Of a stretch of 64,000 nucleotides of DNA, positions 12,042-24,194 are shown piece by piece. Positions within the stretch are counted from its first letter, which is position 1. Every line of letters begins with the position of its first letter. The position numbers and the translations under genes are program-made. Source of the DNA: Tubiluchus corallicola (Eukaryota > Animalia > Priapulida); NCBI GenBank assembly GCA_030141605.1, contig JAQGDQ010000013.1, forward strand, positions 1 through 64,000, given 5' to 3'. The notes under the pieces are model-generated. The model did no database searches, was not told the origin of the DNA, and was given only the letters and a program-made list of their open reading frames with translations.

Positions 12042-12899
12042 GTATTTTAGGAGCTTCTTACCGTCACTTTAAAAATGCAAGTTGTTGATTTTATGTTGCA
12101 AAATTGATTGACTTGTCTCCATTGATACGTAGTAGAATGCAAAGTTCTTTTATGTACTTGAAGATGGGCCTAAACTGCAAATATCTGAATCTTTATATGT
12201 CTCAGCCAGGAATTTAACCTTGGTTTCTCGAATATCAGGTGAAAATTTCACTTATGCCTTCACTATTGTGCCAACATACATATGTAACTGCGGACAATAC
12301 TGTGTTTAATATTTCATAATAGCTAATTTTTAAAGACTCTTTTGATGTAAGTAGCCCTAGACATATACTGTGTATTTTTCTTAAACTTGTAAGTTACATT
12401 ATTTTTTGTGTAGCTCAAAGCATCTGGGACTTATTCTAATTATGTGCTTTTCACTGTGGACAAGATAAAATGGTTTTTGGTTGTTAATTTTCCATCTAGT
12501 TACCAGTATGTCATGCCATTGTCCATGTCATTAGTAAGAAGTGGTTTATGCAGCATTAAGATTTTTCCAATCTGTGTATATCACCTAAGATTTCTAATCG
12601 TGAGTTGAATGTATACAGAATATTATAGATGGTTAGTACTTTTTCATCAAGTTACAAAGTTTGTGAATGCACTTCGGTATATGTCATTTTCATATTTAAG
12701 AGCTATACTTGTTTTCAAGCACATTATGTCGGCATTTGTTTTTTTTTCTCGTACAAAGTTCGTTTGTTATAAATTTACTTTGTAAAAAGGTGTTGTAATT
12801 TATGTGTTTGTGTTATTGGTTTTTGTAAGAATCAACAAAACAGTCTTAGTCTATCAAACAGAAGAAACGCAATGTCAGTGTCATAAGGTTTTAGCACAT

Positions 12900-13600
12900 T
12901 TCACAGAGCATTAGATAACTGCTAACTTTTGAATCAACAGACTTCCAAAGCAATTGTCCAAGTTCAACGCAACCTGAATTGCCAGTGCGATAGTTTAAAA
13001 TTTGGTCAAAGATTATGCAAACGCCCTTCAAGCAGTCTGCATTAACAGACGTCTACGCTTTAATAAAATCCAAACTGTTCAAAATGTTATGCAGCAATAT
13101 GTCAATGCAAATGAAGTAGTCTACTCATAAGTTCATAAAATGAGAGAATTTTTTCAGATAAAAATTTTATCTCCACCTAGGGAAATGTTAATAAATGCTA
13201 GTATTTTCGTATAAGAAAATGATTCGGTTTATAAACACAGACATATCTATTCTCAAGCCTCTGCGATATCCATTGATAAATATAATCGGTATGATGTGAT
13301 GAAGAAGAACTCCTGAAGTAAGCATGTAAGAAGATTGCAATGGATTGGGTATGTCCGAAGACTACCCCGGGAATCTTCTCTTCCTATAGCTTTACGCAAA
13401 GCTCTTGAAACAACAAAAAAAAGTTGAGAGGTTGTCAATTGCTGACGTATATAGATATACTGCAAGAAGATTTATTTAAGCAAATACAACTCTGGATTTG
13501 AAGATTGATGCATCACGGGCAGTAGTGATTGACAGGAGTGCATTGCATCAATAAGTGGAGCATGGCATGTTTTAGAACGTATGAGAACAATCTTGACTAA
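12900..13600 (+). mobile_element. decayed RTE-like non-LTR retrotransposon 3' fragment
   Basis: At ~13325 the frame reads HVRRLQWIGYVRRLPRESSLPIALRKALETTKK, then after a frameshift RGCQLLTYIDILQEDL. This matches the RRLxWxGHVxR...RGRPxxTWxDxxxxDL C-terminal signature of RTE-clade ORFs. Many stops; boundaries approximate. Confidence 0.65.
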
Positions 13601-14061
13601 AACTCATAAGCACACAAATGACAAAAACTAGATTAGATTAAGTTAGTGAATGAAAGTTTGACTTTGTTTTTACACCCTTAGGAAAATACCCTCAAAGCAA
13701 CTACAATTGACTTCAACGAACAACTTCTTCCTCCTTTCATTCCATTAATTCTAAAGTTAACTGCATAGGTCGATTTACAATATTTTCTAGTGGTCATTAA
13801 ATAAGTTGCAAAGATTTGCATTAATTTTAACAAAGTGCACTTGCGGCAAGCTACAAGAAAAAGTCTTACTTGTCAAAAATGAATGCAGCTGAATTATTTT
13901 GTAGTAAGTAGGAAAGTTTACTGTTCTTCTCTCAAGAATTTTTACTTGTATAAAGGTATACTTTTTATTTGTTAATGTGACACAAGTGGGATTTTTTGCG
14001 TAAGTGGTTTTGTACTTGTTTACTTGTTTGTACTAATGTAAGCTTTGTTTCTTGTTTACAG

Positions 14062-14233
14062 CTTCGTGAGGTCGATGACAATGGATAAATGGAAAGACAA
14101 CGAGCTAGAGAAAATGAAAGTTGGAGGTAATAGACGGGCAAAAGAATTCTTTTCCGATCAACCGGATATCAGAAAGGGGATGGGCATCCAGGAAAAGTAT
14201 AACACAAGAGCTGCTGCATTGTATAGAGACAAA
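14062..14233 (+). CDS. ArfGAP1: ArfGAP1 coding exon 3
   Basis: FVRSMTMDKWKDNELEKMKVGGNRRAKEFF...EKYNTRAAALYRDK. tttacAG / gtatgc, 172 nt, phase 2 to 0. Confidence 0.97.
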
Positions 14234-14712
14234 GTATGCCACATTTTTGTCAAATCATTCAAGCTGTAAATAATTAGAGGTGCCATTAACTAATAAATAT
14301 CTTTTAGTTTCTATTAACATTTTTTTTGAATTTAAAGTTGTCCTTGGCAGGTAATTGATGAAGCACCAGAATGGTTAGGTCCATGTTTTAAAATTTTTGT
14401 TCTCTGCATAAGATATGATCCGAGCATCGATGGTATAAATTTATGGAGTGTGACTTTGGAGCCATTTTGTGAGGTTTTTGTGGTTTGTTTCCAGGCCAGT
14501 AGCACATCCTGTCTAGGACTGAGTGCACACCAAAACTTTAATTTTATATTTTAGAACTAATACTATCTAAGACTTTTACAGCCACATATGTCAAATAAAA
14601 GTTTTTCGCATGAGCAGCAGCTTTTATTTTCACCAAGATGTGCATATAAGACAATTTTTTTCTTTGTGTAAATCTTACGGTAAAATTTAGCACGCTTATG
14701 ATTTTTTTTCAG

Positions 14713-14879
14713 ATTTCTACATTAGCAGAAGGAAAATCGTGGTCTATAGAAACATCGCCTGCTAGACATTTTGTACCTAGCGTTTTATCGAATACGCTCT
14801 CTGTACAGAAATCTATACATCAGTCTAGTACATACAGCGGGCATGAGAATTCTATGGAGGAAGCTTTTGGAATGACAAA
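14713..14879 (+). CDS. ArfGAP1: ArfGAP1 coding exon 4
   Basis: ISTLAEGKSWSIETSPARHF...EEAFGMT. ttttttttcAG / gtaagc, 167 nt, phase 0 to 2. Confidence 0.93.
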
Positions 14880-16314
14880 GTAAGCCACTTCATGTATAAC
14901 TATATTTGTCTGTTTTATTCAGAATATTTTCCTTCTTGGGTTTGATCCATCCATGCAGGCCATGTCGTATCAACCCTTATTAACCTCTTAATTATTTTAC
15001 CTAGCACAGAGAAGGTTAATAGGATTACAACATCCTTTGCACCACATGTTTGAAAATGATGTACTTTGAAATGTCAGTAAACATTGCTGTTAGAAGCATA
15101 TTCGACAATTATGTTATGAGCAGTTAATTATAGAAAAAAAAGCTTTATTGTAGATTTAAAAATAAAGGCCGTAATTAATGTAATTTTATGTTCATAAACC
15201 TCATTTCAGGCAATTGTGCTCCGTTCATGCTTGGTAAAATGCTTACTCATGTTTATAGTCAAGTCCCAGTCCAGCTCCTTAGCATCCAATTGCGACTCTG
15301 GAGCTGAGATCTCAAATCCAACATCACGACAATACATCTTTATTTACCAGTATAACGTTATGTTAGTTAGAGCTGGTTAGAAAATACCGTATTTATGTGA
15401 GCCTGGCTATAAAAATACAGATAAAAACACAAGCTGGTAGTTTATGAGCAATAAAAATGATATGACGGAACAGTTAAAAAGGTCAATCACTTTCATCTTT
15501 ATTCTGTCATCATTCTGAACATTTTGCACTAAAACCTAAATTATTGTAGACTCTACCTATAAATGTACAAGATAGTCATGTAAATATCCATTATGTCTGA
15601 ACTAAATAATTTTTGTCATAATATGAGAATTTCATCAATGTATATATTAGTGATACAGTATGGATTGTATGCATTACAAGATTTATGGTTTGTAAGAGTA
15701 GGAGTGTGCTATGTGAAAGTGTTAAAGCTCACTAAGGATGGCAACTGCTGATGGCTCCTAACTCTTGTGCAATGATTCAAATGCAACTGATGTAGCTAAC
15801 TTCCGTTTCCACAGTTGTTTAGATTTTAAAGCTGGAGACTTTAAGCCACAGGCACATGCAAACATGAACGATGGCCGTCATGTTGGTCATGGTATAAAGT
15901 CTAATGTCAAAAACCAGCAGTTAGAACAAGGCAATAGTATTTTTAGCTGATGATACGTGTAAAGTTAATTTTATCAAAAAGAGCTAAATGTGAACTAGAC
16001 AAAAACACCAGGTGCTTGTTTCACTACCACTTTTAGGAGAAATTTGGATAACTGGGCTGATATGTTTCATTCATCTTCATAGTCAGAAGACCCCTGTGTT
16101 TATTTGGTGGTTCAGGAGCTTTAATTTTTAATCTAGTTCTAGTGGCTATCATTTTTCAGACATAAACTTAATAACTGAAATTTGATTTATTTAGTGTCGT
16201 TTTCTGTTCAAATTTTGTTCGCAAAAAATAAGATGGTTGCTTGATTTCCTTGGATTTTCTTAACGACTGCTGGTCCTTAACTTTTTGCTATAAAGTTGTT
16301 TTTGTTTTTTACAG

Positions 16315-16383
16315 GTCAGATATAAATGCACACAAAGACGATTTCTTTAATAGACGATTAAACGAAAATGCCATGAGACCAGA
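16315..16383 (+). CDS. ArfGAP1: ArfGAP1 coding exon 5
   Basis: (K)SDINAHKDDFFNRRLNENAMRP, a motif typical of invertebrate ArfGAP1. ttttacAG / gtaagt, 69 nt, phase 2 to 2. Confidence 0.92.
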
Positions 16384-17352
16384 GTAAGTACTCATTCAGC
16401 AGTGGTCTTATGGGTTCTGTTGTTGATGCCATGTCATTTCAGTCAATGGGCAGAAACAATCATAAACAGGGATAAACCCTTTAATAAGTGACTACACACT
16501 TATGCAGCAAGACAGGAGTAAAATGCTCTTTTAACAGCAGAAGCTATTTTGGCTTTGTTTAGCTCTTGTTCTTGTTGTGATTCTAAGTTAAGGTAGTGAC
16601 CTAAGACCAAAAAGTATTTCTTTTATAGATACCTCGGTGTAGAATAATAATATTACTTTCAATGTAAATTTCACTAAACTAGTGCATGTACCAATGCTAT
16701 TATGTTACTACATCATTCAGCTATCTGTTTTGCGCCATAAATACCATAAATACAACTTTTGGTTGAAATGGTTAAAATAAAAACGACTAAACTAAACTAA
16801 GGTGTGGATGGGCCTTTTTACCATACTTTTGTTCTGATAAGTCTGCGTGTTTGGCAAAGAAATAACAGGTGTCATTTTTATGTGATTTGAGTATAGACTT
16901 TAATGCATAGTGTCTCGCTTACATATGCAGATCTTAGATCTTTTTGCCTTGTCAGTTTTTTTTGTGTACATTTTTCTTAAATCCTAATGTAGGGAAATAG
17001 AAATGTATGAAGGTTATATATCCAGTAACGGAAGTAGTATGGTAGTGTACCTTTTATTTATGTCTGTCAGCCTGTGCTGTTTGTTCACACACACCTAGTG
17101 CCACCATTGGCATCCACAAGAAAAAGTTGGTCACGCTTATGTAAGTTAAGCGTAACTTCTTTGTCTTCTTTATTTATTAATATTAATTACAAATTAATGT
17201 CTGAACTGTGTTTTTGTTATGTTTTTCTCACTGATTTTGAGTCTGTAATTGAATCTGCTGAATTATCTGCCATTGTTTTAAGCCATTGCATTTGTAGAAT
17301 ATGTTTTTGTTTCTTCTGGTGGGTGTCTGATACTCGTAAATAAATTTTTCAG

Positions 17353-17470
17353 TGATATACCTCCTAGCCAGGGTGGGCGCTATTCCGGATTTGGTAACAC
17401 GTATATGCCTCCAAAGCAGCCTGATGTAACCCAGGAGTATCTGAACTCTGCCTTGAGCTCATTATCTACT
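17353..17470 (+). CDS. ArfGAP1: ArfGAP1 coding exon 6 (start of ALPS1)
   Basis: (D)DIPPSQGGRYSGFGNT...EYLNSALSSLST. ttttcAG / gtgagt, 118 nt, phase 2 to 0. Confidence 0.95.
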
Positions 17471-17655
17471 GTGAGTATACTAGTAGATATTTTAGTCTGT
17501 TTTGATCAAGTACTTTCTACTGGATAAAAGTTCACATGACATTTTTATTACAGTTTGCATGCTAATAAATAGGTAATGTTGTGTGTATGTAAATTTTTTT
17601 AAGAATTATGTAATAATAATGTATATCACTACATGTATATGTTGCTCATAGTTAA

Positions 17656-18335
17656 ATTACAAGAAAACCCTCCACTTACATTAAGCTTAAAAAATTTGTC
17701 TCGAAATTCTATACAACTTACATACTACTTTTTCGTATGCATGGCTTGCATCGGCCGTAATGCTGTATAAAACGTGTAAATATAAACTCCCGCGATGAAC
17801 GTTAGGCGCAGCCATTTTAATTGTAAGCCATTTGAAACAAGTTTTGATAACACTGAGTAAAGTTTGAAAAAATAATCGGAGCATTCGTAGCATACATGTT
17901 GCTAATTACATAAAATTTTAAATTACTGTATCTTGTCAATAAGATTAAAAATACATTTTTGGCTAGTGAGTGGCGCACCCTGGACCGAAGAGTCAGCGAC
18001 ATTTTACCAATTGGCACAAGCATTTTAAATTATTAGTTTAGTTACACAAGTCTTTACAGCAGGTAAATGAAAGTACGTAATGTAAGTAATATAGATTTAC
18101 ACGGAAAGTTTTTTGGGTCATAATTTAACATTGCCTTTTCTTCCCCTGATTTACGTGTTTTAGTGACGTCATGTAATGGCGCCGTCGGAACAGTATTGTG
18201 GAAGATTTAAAATGCAAACAAATGAAAATTTCTTTCAACGTGAACACGATATGTACATAAAATTGCTGTAAAGTAATATAATTTTTTTAAGGCAATTTTT
18301 CTGAAAGATACTTCGGGTGCCCCTTTTCTTGTCCT
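17656..18335. mobile_element. non-autonomous TTAA-flanked DNA element (Kolobok-like MITE)
   Basis: TTAA at 17652-17655 and 18336-18339. Termini attacaagaaaa vs reverse complement aggacaagaaaa (10/12). Confidence 0.55.
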
Positions 18336-21130
18336 TTAAGTTCTTTCAAGCTTTTAATGGCACTGTGATACAATTTACGCAGTAAGCAGCATTACGAAAA
18401 GCTAAGTCAAATGACACTAATTTGAGCAAACTGCCAGCATCCACTGAATCTGCAAATGCATGCCATTACAAGTGTGTGTGAGCCCTTATTAACGACATGT
18501 ACAATAATGATAAGTGAAATCCATTTTGAAACCTAGAACTTGAGTCATAAACTCGCTCATTAATGTACTGCAGTCAACAGAGATAATTATTTTTCACGAA
18601 ATTTCTGGAGGAATATTTAACTAAAAATTCAAATTGATATTACCAGTTATGTGATTTTTCGATAAGCTGAACAAGATTTGGTTCTGGATGTAGTTATGGT
18701 TGCACATAAAAGGTTAGTTCTTTGTATGTGGCAAGTAAATTTGAAAAAGATGAACTAAGGCATCATGAGTAAGGTTTGAAATTCAGCTTATTGTTTAGTC
18801 CTGCTTTTTAGTCGATGTATGCAGCATGACTTGAGCCATTCCTATCATTTAAGAGAAACTTCTATGATTAGATATTAAAGTGACAGAGGTGTCTTAGTCA
18901 TGTTCAGATGTTTGTACCTCCATCAACAAAACCAGTAGATGAAAGCAGTATGCCAGAAACTATTACCGCAGTCATTTTATCGCATCCCTTATCTTAACCA
19001 GACCCAGTGTTGCTTAATTAGCAACGCACTATTCCTAAGCAAACACCGTTACCAGTCAGCTATTCTGTTTGCCCAGAATCACATAGTTTTAAGTATGAAT
19101 TATGGCTGGATTTATTTCACATAAATTATTGATTGTTTCTCAGATTTATCCAGTCCCTTGCACATCTCAGTCCTGCTAATCTTTCCAGGAAAAGTTTGAA
19201 AAGGTTTTATCAATCATTTGCAGCAGCTAAGCTACTCTGGCAACATTTTGGACCAGTAATTTATTTATTTTTAGAACTTATTTGTTCCAGTAATCCTTCT
19301 AATGTTTTAGGTGAAACATAACTTTTTTGTTTGTAATATAACTGTTAAAAATTTCCAATTCTGCAAAATATAGTAAGGTAAATAATTTAAGCATTCATAA
19401 TTTAGTAATCAAAGCGTAGCTAAAGATACTAGATTTTCTTACTTCATGCACAAAGTTAGAGTAGCATAATGCTTCTCTAATTAGCATAGGATTAGCATAG
19501 GGCTTATTAAGAACTAAAAAGCCAGGAAGGCAAGCTACAAAGTTCTGCATAACTTAACAATAAGCACTGACGTCTGAAGTCAGTCCAAGTCAATGCCAGC
19601 TCCATTCTTATATACTAAGTTTATAGTTCAGACTTGAGTCTAAGTCTGGCAGTATTAAGTTCAGGCAGAAAACCTGTAATGCCTTTATAACAGCAGAGCA
19701 AAGAAATAGATATCTGACAACTACATGATTGGGCCGCTACCTGACTGTAAGACCAGGAAGCAGTAATTTGAAGGTCAGCATGTTAACTAGTTTAGTGCAC
19801 CTATGTGTTATGGGGTTTGCAACATTTAATTATGATGTTCTTGAGCTCTGGAGAAGTATTTTTGCAAGGGAATGACTTGTTGCATTGATCTCTATGAATG
19901 TGAGTTATAGTCCAGTATGAATGTTCTTAAGTACCCGATAATTCCTAGAATGAATTTGCTGCACTAGTCACAGTTGTAAGGTTTCATTCTATTATAAATG
20001 TTCACTTGTTTAATAAGACTGCTTTTTTCAATTACATGTAACAACTATGTCACAATTGTGCGGTTTCATTTCACTGTGAATGTGTTCAGGTGCCTGAAAA
20101 GGTGCTGGTCTCAGAGAACGATTTGTTGCACACATCACACGTGCAAGCTTTCAATTCATTATGGATTTCATATGCATAGGAATATGACCTTGCCCAGAAG
20201 ATGATTTGTTGCATTGGTTGTAGTTGTATAGCTTCATTCTGGTATGAATATTCTTGTCTATGAGAAGAGCATTTGGATGGGTGATTATTTTATGGGGTAA
20301 ATCACATTAGTAAGGTTTTTGTTGGTTTTCCCCTCTCCATCTCTTTCTTTCCTTCTCCTCTCCCTTCTTTCCCCTTTCTCACTCTCTTCCTGAATTCAGA
20401 AAAATTGCAGTACTCTATGCTTGCTGCTAATTTAGAAAATTTATTTTCTCTCGTTAATCTAATTATCCGTAATTTTAAACTTCGTCACACGTTTCAATTC
20501 AGAGCTAGCCTAATTGGCCAAGTTAATTATTTTCAGCCATTAGTCCAAATTGTGTGAAATGAGAAAGCTCTAGTGGTTAGGAACAATTTACTAGCGTCTC
20601 TGTGATCAAAAGAACTGAATTGAACTCACTGTGAACCAATCTACAGAGACGCGGGTGTATAATTGATTAAGATTTCAAAATGCTTTCATCAAATCGTGTA
20701 ATCTGTCATAGTTGGTCAAATGTTTTTTGAATCCATGATTACTGCTTTCCAGGAACCCTTGATAACACACAATGCTACCATAGCATTGTATTTTCAAGAG
20801 TGCAGTTGATAAATTCAAATCGCAGGCTGAGTTTTTCTTATTCTGTTGTTTTTCTCTGGTACATTAGAAGAACACTCGCACAGGCAACCACACACGTACC
20901 TACACTGTCCTGTAAGACAAACCATCGGTAGTTGAAGGACAAGCGGTCAAAGGACTCAGTGAAATGGATATTGGTCAAAAGACCATCTAGGACAAATGGC
21001 TGCTGGCTATTTTCATTTTATTCAAATTAAAGCTGTAATCAGCTTCAGGGTGAAAATAAAAATGTTTTCTCTATTTGGGAACAAGCCCTTTTCCGAGCGT
21101 TTACTTCTGAGTTAATGAGCATCCGTAACA

Positions 21131-21260
21131 GCAGTCAGTGGTGTGGTGACAAAAGGTTCCTTGATCAAATACAGACTGTATCCTGATTTTTTCACATTTC
21201 CTGTTTTTGAAGTTTGTTATCAAAATTTAATTAACTTGCAGGTTTGTTCCATCATTAATA
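21131..21260 (+). repeat. degenerate second copy of the SINE at 21444
   Basis: Shares actgtatcc, atttcctgtttttgaagttt and gtttgttccatcatta with 21500-21600; the head is decayed. Confidence 0.6.
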
Positions 21261-21443
21261 ATAAACTTCGCATTAAGATTATAATAATTTATTAATAACC
21301 CATGGGAATTTTTGTCTCAAAATTTATCAAAATAAAATTAATTAATTTGTTAGAATTACACAAGTGTGAGCAATCTAACAATGGAAATGGTGAATTTGGC
21401 TGGTCAGCTATAGGGACGAACTTTGGACTGTCTTGACCCCTGG

Positions 21444-21600
21444 GAGATACAGTGGCCAAGTGGTCTAATGCATCTACCTTGTAAGCAGTCTCGGGTTCAC
21501 ATCTAAACTGTATCCCAACATTTTCGAATTTCCTGTTTTTGAAGTTTCAATTTTGTATTAATTGTGGGTTTCAAGGAACATAGTTTGTTCCATCATTATA
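21444..21600 (+). mobile_element. tRNA-derived SINE (head resembles tRNA-Thr UGU)
   Basis: GATACAG...CTGTATC acceptor-like stem, A box TGGCCAAGTGG, loop CTTGTAA, B-box-like GGTTCACATC. The anticodon and T stems are broken, so it is not an intact tRNA. The body is repeated ~330 bp upstream. Confidence 0.65.
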
Positions 21601-24137
21601 CATTTCTATACTCTTTTTATTTCATTGTCACAAGCGTAGCGACCAAAATAATTCTTAGAGACAAAGACTGTGGTTTACAAATACAGAAGTTCCGTCTTTT
21701 CATGCACCTCTGCCATTTCCAACTGCTTTGTAGCTACTTTTTTAATAGCTTGCCGTTACACACAAGGACAACTGGCATTTTTTTATCTCGTGCATCACAT
21801 AATATTGTTTGTAATGCTGAGATATCTCTTTGCTTGGCACTTTAAAACTTGAAGGTTGGTTCTTTGTCTTTGATGATCAGTTCTCTGGTGGTGGTGTCTA
21901 ATGATCTTTGACGACTCCCAATTCCGTACGGGGTACAAGAATATGCAATATTGCAGCGTAACGTAATGTGTAATGCAGCTTACTTTGCATGGTGTGCTGT
22001 CTCATATCGGTTATGATTGTATCATTTCTGTATTCATTACATACATGTCCAGTGGATGCAATGTTAGTATTACGAAATTTGATGATTTGTTTGTGAAAAT
22101 GACCTCAGCCTTTATACATGAATACACACATATTTCCTGTTGTTAGAATCCAAGTTTAACATAAAAGATATATTTTGTTTTACGAGAATGCTAATCAGCA
22201 AATCCAGTAGTTGCGTAGGCAGTCCAGTTACTTGCTGTAATTTTCTCCCAGTAACTGTGCAGACTGCTGAATTAGATACGGGCAATTTTCACCCAATAAC
22301 TGTGATTGATAGCGCTCTTCTGTTCAAATGTGATCGTCTGTAATGACGTGATTTTCTTCTTGACACTAGCGCTTTAAATACATTTCGCTCTTTGTGCCTC
22401 AAATTGCATCGAATGAGTCGCAAACTGACAAAGTAATTAGATACCGTTCTCTGAGTAATAGACTTAAACAAATTTGATAGTAGCGTATAATTTTTCCCGC
22501 AAGCTTGATTCCTGTAATCATACGTACGCAGCTTGAAGTCGTAGGAATATAAATAACTGCAATTCTAGCTGAATATGGTGTGGGCATAGATGACAATTAT
22601 GAAAATCCTGCAACTCAATTAACAAAATGATCTTTGCCTCTCGCGCTAGATGGCTTCGTAGCATCAATTTCATGTCCACATTTACCATTAATATATAGTT
22701 ACGACTCTTGATAGTTGCTAAACTCTTATCTGCCGTGAACGTCTTTTCTAATTGCTTAGTACCTTTCTCTGCTTCTCCACATTTCATGACATGTGAGCTG
22801 TAGCGAAAACGCCCAACGCCTCCCGCGGTCTCCCATAAATAGATCCCGTTTTCAACATTGTTGCAATCCTGACCTGAGCTTCTATTCTGTAATCAGGGTT
22901 TCTTTATTGTCTCTTCATTTGTGATTCAGAGCAGCAGGTCTGAACCTCTCTGTATTCGCCCTACATTTTTTGTCCACAATTTTCATCATTGATTCCACGA
23001 TGCTGTTGTGCTGAATTATATTGGAATAGAGTTCATCCTATAAACGTGTCTCACATAATAAATTGTGAACCGATTTCTGTTATCTTTGGTCTGAAAATGT
23101 GTAGTTAATAAGGAGAAAAAACTTCGACAGCGTGCTAAAAGCAGTGCGATTTTTACAATCGTTGTTCCTTAATGGGTCGGACGCCAGTTGAGCTTTTTAG
23201 TGCGTGTATTAAAGTTTCTAACGGTTTACGTAGCTCGTTCAAACTATTTACATTGGTTGTGCATTAATTTAGATCTGAACATACATGGTCCGCATGTACT
23301 GGGCCATTAGTCGCCAAGTTACTGCAAACATTTGTTGCAGTTTGTATACTACTTAAGGTGTGCTTTTATAATATATCAGTTTCCAAACATCAGATGCTAA
23401 TTGAAATGGCCCCACAGTAATTTACTAATACAGTAAAGATGACTAACGTTCCCATACAGTCAAAGAAATCTTGTTGATGCAACACGTTTTATCTGCAACT
23501 AAAATAACGACCAAGCAGAGTTTTTAGCATCTGTACGCACCATTTGCTATCTAAGATTTTTTGTGCACGGTACACTTTTGTCTCACAGTGACTATTCAAA
23601 GCTTAATGAAGCCTACTGCATAGTTGTGTTGAATTGGTGCTGTCTTACTGAAGCCACACTGGGCTGTTGTGACTGCTAACAGAGCAGACGTCAATTCTCT
23701 GTGTGTGCGCTGCTGCTGGTGAAAGACCAGTAGAATGCTAAACCGTCGATGAATTAACAAGTGCGTTTAGCTACACAGAAGTAACTGGCAAAGTGGTAAT
23801 AGACAATAAGCAAGTTAAGCAAGTTATTGATTGTCTGATGTGGTACTAAAACAATGAAGAAAATGTTGATTGTCTAGTAAAACTCTAGGGTGCTTGGTTC
23901 TTCAAACAGGTTGACATTTGTTCATTGTTTATTACCACTTTGTCTGCTTTAATTATGCCAAAAACCATTAATTCATTATTTATTACCAACTAGTGAAAGT
24001 TTTGTTGCCGTTTTTGAGAATTGACGAAGTTGTTCTCTTTTTGGAGTCTGTTGTTTTTGCTACGAATGGCGGTCATGTAGTGCTATTCGATTCTTCTGTA
24101 AGTTTCTTGTTTTTTATTGAAAGTGATTTTATTTTAG

Positions 24138-24194
24138 GGGTGGTCTGTGTTCTCCTCAAGTGCCGCACAATTGGCAAAGCAAGCAAAGGAATCC
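24138..24194 (+). CDS. ArfGAP1: ArfGAP1 coding exon 7 (ALPS1 core, GWSVFSSSAAQLAKQAKES)
   Basis: Aligns to mammalian GWSSFTTGASRFASAAKEG. attttAG / gtaagt, 57 nt, phase 0. Confidence 0.93.

Noticed and set aside
18053-18068. tttacAG CAG gtaaat as a 3-nt microexon or ratchet point
   Set aside because: Short pyrimidine tract, and it lies inside a putative MITE.
21444-21516. Functional tRNA-Thr gene
   Set aside because: The anticodon and T stems do not pair properly, and the body is shared with a nearby repeat; treated as a SINE head.
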